Below are positions 8,189 to 15,325 of a DNA stretch of 20,812 bases, piece by piece. Position 1 is the first letter of the stretch. Each line of letters starts with the position of its first letter. Both the position numbers and the translations under genes were made by a program. The notes below the pieces were generated by a model. That model was not told the DNA's origin, searched no databases, and saw only the letters and a list, made by a program, of their open reading frames with translations. This stretch comes from Porphyridium purpureum (Eukaryota): positions 248,001 to 268,812 of the forward strand of contig VRMN01000017.1 in assembly GCA_008690995.1 (NCBI GenBank), written 5' to 3'.

Positions 8189-11100
8189 ATGGAATATGAC
8201 ATGGATAGGGCTGCGGGTGCTAGTACCCCAGCAACACCGTCGCCGGCACGCGGTGGTGCAAACGCCTCGGCAACCCGCCTTGGCGCGGCAGCAAGTGCGC
8301 GGCGCGAGTCCGCGCGCGAGGAAACGAAACGAGAGATGGCGGCGATGCTGAATGCGGCATACGCCCAAATGCATCGCCAACTCTCGGAGGAATTCGGCGC
8401 CAAGATGGCGACCGAACTGAATACCCGGACGGCGATTGTTCAGAGTGAGCTCGCCGAGCTGCGGAGCGAGAACGTTCGTCTGAGGGCGCTTCGCGATGGA
8501 TCCGGTGGAAGTGGCGCTTTGCCGAGCTGCATGCGCCCTGCGGCCATGCTGTACTATGGCGGCGAGCGATCCACTGCGGCCATTATGACCTGGACGGCAG
8601 CAGCGCGTTCGCGGGTGTACAACCCGGCGCGCTCGGATTGGCGGTCGCAGGGCCGTCTTTGGACGGAAACCGAGGAAGAGGAAGCAGTGTCGACGCTTTC
8701 GACTCACCTCTTCGGATTGGCGCAACTCTGGTACCAGGCATTACAACCTGATCAGAGACCCACCTCGGTAGAAGAGTTTCTGCTCGCGCTTCAGCGGCGC
8801 TTCGAGCCCAAAGAAACAGAAAATGACGTGCGGGATGAACTGCAAAAGATGAAGAAGGGTGCAATGAGTGTCCAAGATTTTGAAGCTGCATTTAGTGAAG
8901 TTTGTCTGCGTATACCAAATTTGGTAGACAAAGATAAACTTCACTATTTTACAGAATCTCTTGACACTTCTATTGCCACTCACGTAGCGCTTCACTTCCC
9001 TCCCACCTATGACGACGCTTTGCGTTTGGCTTTAGTTGCCGACAAAGTCATATTTAAGCGTGGTCGAGACCAGCAGCCCATCACAGCACGCACGTACCCG
9101 TCAGCCATGCAGCCTGCATACCACCCCCAGATGAACTATAACCAGCATGGTCCGGTGCCAATGGACTTGGGTACCGCCAGCGGCAGCAGCGCACGGGTGC
9201 ACGGACGAGGATACAACGGCTTCCAGCGGGATCGCTCGAACGAGTATCAACAGCAACAGCATGACCAATGGTCACCAGCTGGACCGCAGCGGAACCTGCG
9301 TGCGAATCATGCAGAGCGGTACGCGCAGAGCCGCGCGGACGGACGAGACGGCGGCTGGCGAGAGCCGAGCACGCATGGTTGGAACCGTGGTGGCGGCCAG
9401 AACGACGCGCGTGGGCGCGGACAGAAGCGTGGCGCACCGCAACGAGGCGGTGCCAGTAGACCACGACCGCGACAGACGCCGAAGTCGCAACAAGATGGCA
9501 AGAAGAGTAATCAGCGTGGGCGCTATTACTGCCATCGGTGCTCCGTGTGGGGGCCAGCGACGCACAACTGTGCAGACAGGCGCGATGATCGCGATGCCAA
9601 TCTCGGCGGAGCCGAGTTGATGACCGCCAGTGCGGGCAAAGGGTTGCTCAAGGTGAATGCTTGGGTGAACGGCCGGGCGATGAAAGCAGTCATCGATACC
9701 GGCGCAACGCACACCTTTCTGAGCGAGAGCGCATGCGCGATGGTGCGAGTGCGCACAAATAGCACCGCGAATGCCTTGACCATTCGATTGGCAGACGGCA
9801 CGCAGTGCATGTCTCGCGGGCGCGCGACAGTGAATCTGGCGGTGCTGGATTCAGCAGAGAAGCAGCAGGACGTGGTTGTGTACAATGGCCACAATGACCT
9901 CGTGATCGGTCTCGATTGGCTTCGAACCAACCGCTTCGAAATGATCATCGGCGGTCACAGTCTTGGCACAGCCGAGGCTGAGCATGTAGAGCAGGACCAT
10001 TGCGTTCTGCACATGCCGTCGCGCGACACGTGCGGAATATGCAGCGCGGCAAAGCTGCGGCGCGCGCGTGCTGTGAGGCGAGACGACTCGGTTGGCAAAG
10101 AGCGCGGACGAGCGCGCGAGTTCAACGACGTGGTGTCGATTGACATTGTGGATCCCGGACTGGCAGCCGTGGATGGCAGCAGGTGGCTGCTCACTCACCT
10201 CGACGAAGCCACTGGGTGGTTCTCAGCAATTGGGCTGGCGGACAAGTCCGCCGCTGAGTGCATTCGCGGGTTGACGGAGCTGCAGCGCGGACGTGGTGAT
10301 TGGCCACGAGTGTTGCGGTGTGACGAGGGCCGCGAGTTCATGGGCGAATTCGACGGATTCATCGCGGAAAAGGGCGTGAAGAAAGTCACTGGTGTACCTT
10401 ACCGGGCGAACACGCACGCGACGCATGAACGCAAGCATGCAGACTTGAACGGAGCAGTGCGAGCACTGCTGATGCAGTCTGGCTTGCCGACCGCGTGGTA
10501 TCCGTTCGCCGCCGCCTACTTTTGCCTGGCCAGAAACCTCGCCTGGCGCGGCGCAAAGCAGGAGCAGACCAGCTTCGAGCAACGGCTCGGTCTAACATGG
10601 CACAAGCCCATCCCTGCATTCGGGAGCGGCATTCTCATATACGATGAGAGCCGCGGCAAATTTGAGCCGAAAGGCTTGCCTGCAATCGTCGTTGGGTTCA
10701 CGGCACCGAGGCCGAATGACCCGCGGCAGCCCATAAACCTGCTCGCCCTGCCCATTGCCGACTTGCGGCCATCTGCGATCAGGAAGGTCGGCGAATGGAA
10801 GCCACTTCCCGACAAGTGGCCATTGCGACGTTTGGCACTGCGGCCTCCGGATGAGGCCATTACGACGGGTGATCAATGGTCGCGAGCACGCGACAATGCA
10901 CCGGACCGTGCATTCTGCACACAGTGCAAGAAAATAGTCGGTGGGAGCACCGAATGCGAGAAATGCATTTTGGGTCCGGCGCCCAGCCGACGTCACACTG
11001 GTGACGGCGCATGCAGGCAAATGCACTGCCAGTGCTACCGAGACGAGCACGGAAAGCTCGCGTCACGAGCACAGTATCGGCGCATTGAGCTGCCGTGGAG

Positions 11101-13096
11101 TCCGGCCGAGGACATTGCCATATCCGAAGGCATTGCCCGTTTTGGTGAGGACTGGCTTGCCATCGCGGGTAGGCCAGCATTCTTCATGCGCGGCCGCAAA
11201 CCAGCCGGCTTACGCGCGCGCGCAGCGGAACTGGGTGTGCTTCCAGTGCACGCAGCAGCAGCGAGCGACGCGACGCGGAACGACGCGACGCGAGCAGAGA
11301 GTAGCAGCGACGCAATGTATACAAGCGCGGCGACAGGGGGACCAGAGGACGAAGCGGCAGGTCTGGGGGTGGCAGAAGTTGTGGCCACAGCGGTGGCGAT
11401 GGCCACGCCCGCCGGCCGCCATGCATTAGCATCCGAGCTTCGTGCGCTCACCAGCACCGGCGCTCTGCCTTTCCGCCGCACGATGGACAAGGCAGTGGCG
11501 GCGCGCGTTCCGAACGCGCAATTCGTTAAGTTGAAGCTCCTCTTCAACAAGAAGAATTCAGAAATGCCTTCGTCGTTCCACAAGACGAAGTGCCGCATCG
11601 TCGCGCAAGGATGCGTCGTGCTGGACGCCGATGGGCGTCGCGCGCGCGAAGAACCGTACCCTTTTGATCGCCCACCAGGTTTGCTGGCGATCCGCGCCTC
11701 GATGAGCATGGCGCTCATGCTCCATGGACCATCCGCCGACGGCGCCTTCTTCGACGTAACGTGTGCCTACCCCAGTGCACCATTGGGCGGCCGTCCGACA
11801 TTCGGATATCTGCGCGACCTGGTCCCGGTCGTGAAGGGTCTAGTCAGCGAAGCCGACTACAGAAAGATGGCCGCATGCAGCGAGCCTGTCGTGGAGCTAC
11901 CGCAGGCTCTGTACGGAATGAAAAGGAGCGGCAGCGACTTCAGCCACGACGCTCGCGAGCGTGTCCGGCGGCTTGGATGGCAAGAATCCAACGCGGACAA
12001 GAACCAGTACTGGCGCCGCGACGCGAACGGCAGCATGCTCACGCTGAGCATGTACGTCGACGATGGCGCACTCTTCGGCAATGCGGATGCGGTACGAGTG
12101 GCGGTCAAACAACTGAAGACCGTCTTCAGAATCGACCAGAAGGTCGAATACATTGCAGACTCGGCGCGTACGCGCCCTATCAAGTATCTCGGCATGCACA
12201 TCTATCGCGACGGCGGCCGATGGATACTGGATTCGGGGGTGTACGCCACCCATGTGGCGAACGGCCACACCGCGGACAACTTGCGCGTGCGCAGCACGCC
12301 ACTCAGCGAGCGGGTCGACGACAATGGACCCGGCGGGCGCGCGTGCCCGACAAACAAGCGAACAGTGATTGGCCAACTGCTGTGGCTCAGCCGAACCACG
12401 CGAGCAGACATCGCTTATGCCACGGCGCATGTGGCGCGTTATGTCGACCGGTGGGGGCCAAGCGCGGATCGCGCGCTCGACGAGATCGTCGGGTATCTGA
12501 AGAAGCATGCGGACGTCTGTCTGCAATACGACATACCCGCGACAGGAAGTCGCGACGTTCGGTTGCACGCGTGGGCTGATGCCGACTTCTCGGCACCGTC
12601 ATCCACGAGCGGCGCCGTGCTCTTCATATCGAATGGCAGATGCCGACACCTTGTAGACTGGACCAGTCGGCGCCAGCGGCGCGTCAGCACCTCGACGACC
12701 GAGGCTGAGTTGGTAGCGCTGCACGACGCAGCGCAAGGCAGCGTGTTCCCAGTGGCGACACTGGCGGAAGAACTTTTGAGGCGCTGGCCTCCGATCGTTG
12801 TGCGGTGCGACAACGAGTCGACTTTGCGCGCGGTGGAGCGCGGCCACAGTGACCGGCTACTGCATGCGCCAAAGATGCAGCGCATCTCTCTGAGATGGTT
12901 GCACGAGATAGCAGCGGACGGACTCGTCAAGTTCGTCTATGTCGCTACGCGCGACAACATCGCTGACGGCTTGACGAAGCCGATTGCCACCGACGTGTTT
13001 CGCGGCCATGCATGTTACCAATGCTGTGCCTTTATTCTCTCTCTCTTCTTCTTCTTTCTTACCTCTTCTGTCTCCGAGCAAGACCTGACCGGCTAG
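8189..13096 (+). CDS. Gag-Pol polyprotein of element A: Gag, Zn-knuckle-like motif, aspartic protease, integrase, Cys-rich module, Myb-like domain, RT, RNase H; last 27 aa are read-through into LTR B
   Basis: First ATG at 8189. Protease DTGATH (9695); integrase HCVLHMP..CGIC (9998) and D10142, D10322, E10427; copia-type RT KCRIVAQG, FDVTCAY, QALYGMKRSG, YVDD (12053), YLGM; copia-type RNase H WADADF, WTSRRQ..VSTSTTEAE, CDNES, NIADGLTKP. Confidence 0.92.
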   Translation: MEYDMDRAAGASTPATPSPARGGANASATRLGAAASARRESAREETKREMAAMLNAAYAQMHRQLSEEFGAKMATELNTRTAIVQSELAELRSENVRLRALRDGSGGSGALPSCMRPAAMLYYGGERSTAAIMTWTAAARSRVYNPARSDWRSQGRLWTETEEEEAVSTLSTHLFGLAQLWYQALQPDQRPTSVEEFLLALQRRFEPKETENDVRDELQKMKKGAMSVQDFEAAFSEVCLRIPNLVDKDKLHYFTESLDTSIATHVALHFPPTYDDALRLALVADKVIFKRGRDQQPITARTYPSAMQPAYHPQMNYNQHGPVPMDLGTASGSSARVHGRGYNGFQRDRSNEYQQQQHDQWSPAGPQRNLRANHAERYAQSRADGRDGGWREPSTHGWNRGGGQNDARGRGQKRGAPQRGGASRPRPRQTPKSQQDGKKSNQRGRYYCHRCSVWGPATHNCADRRDDRDANLGGAELMTASAGKGLLKVNAWVNGRAMKAVIDTGATHTFLSESACAMVRVRTNSTANALTIRLADGTQCMSRGRATVNLAVLDSAEKQQDVVVYNGHNDLVIGLDWLRTNRFEMIIGGHSLGTAEAEHVEQDHCVLHMPSRDTCGICSAAKLRRARAVRRDDSVGKERGRAREFNDVVSIDIVDPGLAAVDGSRWLLTHLDEATGWFSAIGLADKSAAECIRGLTELQRGRGDWPRVLRCDEGREFMGEFDGFIAEKGVKKVTGVPYRANTHATHERKHADLNGAVRALLMQSGLPTAWYPFAAAYFCLARNLAWRGAKQEQTSFEQRLGLTWHKPIPAFGSGILIYDESRGKFEPKGLPAIVVGFTAPRPNDPRQPINLLALPIADLRPSAIRKVGEWKPLPDKWPLRRLALRPPDEAITTGDQWSRARDNAPDRAFCTQCKKIVGGSTECEKCILGPAPSRRHTGDGACRQMHCQCYRDEHGKLASRAQYRRIELPWSPAEDIAISEGIARFGEDWLAIAGRPAFFMRGRKPAGLRARAAELGVLPVHAAAASDATRNDATRAESSSDAMYTSAATGGPEDEAAGLGVAEVVATAVAMATPAGRHALASELRALTSTGALPFRRTMDKAVAARVPNAQFVKLKLLFNKKNSEMPSSFHKTKCRIVAQGCVVLDADGRRAREEPYPFDRPPGLLAIRASMSMALMLHGPSADGAFFDVTCAYPSAPLGGRPTFGYLRDLVPVVKGLVSEADYRKMAACSEPVVELPQALYGMKRSGSDFSHDARERVRRLGWQESNADKNQYWRRDANGSMLTLSMYVDDGALFGNADAVRVAVKQLKTVFRIDQKVEYIADSARTRPIKYLGMHIYRDGGRWILDSGVYATHVANGHTADNLRVRSTPLSERVDDNGPGGRACPTNKRTVIGQLLWLSRTTRADIAYATAHVARYVDRWGPSADRALDEIVGYLKKHADVCLQYDIPATGSRDVRLHAWADADFSAPSSTSGAVLFISNGRCRHLVDWTSRRQRRVSTSTTEAELVALHDAAQGSVFPVATLAEELLRRWPPIVVRCDNESTLRAVERGHSDRLLHAPKMQRISLRWLHEIAADGLVKFVYVATRDNIADGLTKPIATDVFRGHACYQCCAFILSLFFFFLTSSVSEQDLTG

Positions 13097-13316
13097 CCCG
13101 GGCAGGCGCGTCGCCTTTTTATACCCTTACTTCCGCCAGGGACAGCAAGGCGCCACGAGAAATGACAATGCAAATCATTGGCATTTCTGCGCGCGTCTAG
13201 AAGGTTCTGGAACCTCTAGAAGCTTCTAGAAACGGTTAAACGGTCTACCGGTTTAGCGGCTTACCGGTTTCGGACTAACCGAACCGTTCTAGGTGACTGG
13301 GGTCGAACGGATAACA
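13013..13316 (-). repeat. 3' LTR of element B (304 bp)
   Basis: Termini TGTTACC... and ...GGATAACA, directly adjacent PPT, minus-strand TATAAAA at 13117-13123, and the same layout as the LTRs of element C. Partner LTR not in the window. Confidence 0.82.
13199..13232. promoter_or_regulatory. Two perfect tripartite heat-shock elements (nGAAnnTTCnnGAAn) in U3 of LTR B
   Basis: aGAAggTTCtgGAAc at 13199-13213 and aGAAgcTTCtaGAAa at 13218-13232, about 75-110 bp upstream of the LTR TATA box. Confidence 0.75.
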
Positions 13317-13330
13317 TCTCCCCCCCTCTT
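13317..13330 (-). other. Polypurine tract of element B
   Basis: Minus strand AAGAGGGGGGGAGA immediately precedes the TGTTA start of the LTR. Confidence 0.88.
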
Positions 13331-13435
13331 GACTCGACGTCTCGGCGAGACTCCAAACTAAGTTGCATTCTTGGCTCGAGGAACCCGCGCTCCGGGAGAA
13401 AACCTCTGCCTAGCAAACTTCTCACAATTCCCAAG

Positions 13436-13902
13436 TCATTCAGAGTCAGACTCCTCGATAATTTTCAACAAGTCTGGCTCAGAATCGGACGCCGGCATTT
13501 CGTCGGGTACTTCTTCATCATTTTCCCCTACCATGTAGTCTTCGCGTCCATAGTATGGCTTCAGATGCTGGGTCGGAAAAACATCATGACAAGCCACACC
13601 CTCGGGCAAAATCACTCGGTAAGCATGCGAGCTTACCTTCTCAATGACAGGCACCGGACCAAGAAACTTTGGTGCCGCCAAATCACTCTTGTTCGGCCGC
13701 AGTTGCGGCGCTGTGACCAACACTTGATCACCAACTTGAAACTCCCGGGCATCCTTGCGTCGATCGAAGAACTTCTGCATTCTCCCTTGGGCTTCGATCA
13801 AATTGTCGCGGACTTCTTCATGGACTTTGCACAGGCGAAACCAGTGCTCCGCCACGTCCTTCGTCTGCCCGTCGCGCGCAGGCCTCCACCCTTCGCTCGG
13901 TG
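13436..13902 (-). pseudogene. C-terminal part of the gypsy integrase of element B, disrupted by element D
   Basis: EVRDNLIEAQGRMQKFFDRR...FQVGDQVLV...APKFLGPVPVIEKVSSHAYRVILP...HDVFPTQHLKPY is the GPY/F-SH3-like integrase tail. The listed ORF's N-terminal 43 aa (14032-13903) are antisense LTR D sequence. Confidence 0.85.
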
Positions 13903-14182
13903 TGCTATGCTGTACACCCCATGCACTGTACACATGTAGCACCTGTACTCCATAGTACAGTCCACCCTCCAAAACCCCATCCAAACCCACCACTGAGTTA
14001 GATCCAGGGCTTTGCGGCAGTATATAATCCACGCCGCCGTGCGGCCCGAGCTAAACAAAAAGTAAAGGAGGTATCGAAGTGCGAGGAGAGGTTGGTGTGC
14101 CGTTGGTGTCGGGGTTCGATCCGGGCGGGTGCCTGTAGGTGAGAGAGAGGGGTTGTAGTGGCTGCGGGTGTAGTACACAGCA
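13903..14182 (+). repeat. Putative 5' LTR of element D (280 bp)
   Basis: TG...CA with an imperfect 17-nt terminal inverted repeat (TGCTATGCTGTACACCC versus the reverse complement of the end, TGCTGTGTACTACACCC, 13/17). TATATAA at 14021-14027. Begins where the integrase-like sequence of B stops. Confidence 0.7.
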
Positions 14183-14323
14183 TAATTCTAGAATTAGCGT
14201 TGCCCCATTCTTGAGTAATTTCTTGTGGGAGCGCGCGGGCCGGTCTGGTTGGTGGTCGGGTGGCCCGGAACCAGGGCGACGTGGGGGAGAGGTGCCAGGT
14301 CGGGTGGCTCTGGTGTCTCGTTT

Positions 14324-14615
14324 TGTCACAAACGGAGCTTCTTTTCTTTACTTCTTCTTCTCTCCTCCTCTACCTCCTCTCTTCTTTCTAGCCTTTTTTC
14401 TTCGTTCGGCTGCCGCTCGCTCTGTTTTATACCCGCCTTCCGGCGCCGCAACGGCTTGCCCGGCGGGTTCAGCCCTCGGAATAACCCAATCCCGCGGCCC
14501 TCAACATAACTCAGCTGTACCACACGGTACACCCACAGCTGTACTTTCAGTACACTTAGGGACTGTACCTCTGCGTACTCGCTGTACTGAGACCTGCATC
14601 AGGTCGCTCGCGACA
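14324..14615 (-). repeat. 3' LTR of element C (292 bp)
   Basis: TGTC...GACA; direct repeat of 20260-20551 with a single difference (T14387 vs C20323). Confidence 0.97.
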
Positions 14616-14630
14616 TCCCACACTTCCCGC
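14616..14630 (-). other. Polypurine tract of element C (imperfect)
   Basis: Minus strand GCGGGAAGTGTGGGA directly precedes the 3' LTR. Confidence 0.7.
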
Positions 14631-15136
14631 TTATCCACAGCGACCATTGCGATAGCGTGTTCTAAGCCCACGCGCCGCATGCATAGCAGCCGTTCCCGTG
14701 CCGCTCAACAGGTTCAAGCACAATGAGCTGAGATCGAGCGGACGAAGTACAGTGTAAGCTGACAGGGTACAGTGCCAGCAACAGGGCCAAAAAAATAAGG
14801 TGGCCGGTGCCGCTCACAAGTGACGCCCACTGACAAGACCCCGTACAGGCTGCCATCCCCCTCCCCCGCTAACCTTAAAGGAAAGGTGCGCTGTTACGGC
14901 TCTGCCCAATGTCACCCCGGGGAATTACCCTAGCCACGGATCCCCAGCATTTCACAGGGGCAGTTTTCTCTAATCAGGGAGTGTCTAAGATCCTCTTCAA
15001 TTCTCGTTTGCCAAACTGCCGAAATTTAGAGTATATACACCCCCAAATATGGACTCAGGTACAGTATTACTGTACTTCACTGTACACAGACTGTACTTCA
15101 TTTTGTTCTTTATCATTCGTTCTACCGTCTTGCTGC

Positions 15137-15277
15137 GGGCACGGCTCCTTCTTTACCGTCCAGCCATGGACACAGCTCCTTCTTTAATGTCCAGCAACGG
15201 ACACAGCTCCTTCTTTATCGTCCAGCAACGGACCCAGCTCCTTCTTTACCGTCCAGCCACGGACACTCCATCTTTAT
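15137..15277. repeat. 31-bp tandem repeat, about 4.5 copies, in the 3' UTR of element C
   Basis: Units start at 15137, 15168, 15199, 15230 and 15261 (partial); approximate consensus GGACACAGCTCCTTCTTTACCGTCCAGCMAC. Confidence 0.92.
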
Positions 15278-15325
15278 TCGAACATTTTTTTTTTGAGAGC
15301 AGCGACGGCCGATAGCCACCCAGCG

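Larger units (their letters stand above)
7673..13012 (+). mobile_element. Element A: LTR retrotransposon with copia domain order (PR-IN-RT-RH) and gypsy-type Gag/protease; interrupted at 13012/13013, 3' end outside the window
   Basis: Putative 5' LTR ending TCATCA at 7936, a copia/Ty5-type PBS, and one long polyprotein ORF whose RNase H end abuts a different LTR. Confidence 0.88.
13013..13902 (-). mobile_element. Element B: 3' portion of a Ty3/gypsy LTR retrotransposon (integrase C-terminus, PPT, 3' LTR) inserted in element A
   Basis: On the minus strand, an integrase C-terminal ORF is followed by the PPT AAGAGGGGGGGAGA and a 304-bp TGTTA...TAACA segment. Confidence 0.88.

Noticed and set aside
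11263..11295. Short duplication CGACGCGACGCG encoding SDATRNDATRA
   Set aside because: A small local duplication in a low-complexity linker with no evident function.
13013..13316. Treating this segment as the 3' LTR of copia-like element A
   Set aside because: No similarity to 7673-7936. The PPT and TATA are on the minus strand and link it to the gypsy integrase fragment on its right.
13903..14032. N-terminal 43 aa of the listed ORF 13436..14032 as real protein
   Set aside because: This is the antisense of putative LTR D, fortuitously in frame with the integrase remnant.
15137..15277. Possible CRISPR array (about 31-bp repeats with small hairpins)
   Set aside because: Units are head-to-tail with no unique spacers, there are no cas genes, and the context is a eukaryotic retrotransposon UTR.
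14616..15325. env-like or extra ORF between pol and the 3' LTR of element C
   Set aside because: Only short ORFs (under 100 aa) lie within it, partly made of the tandem repeat, with no recognisable domain.
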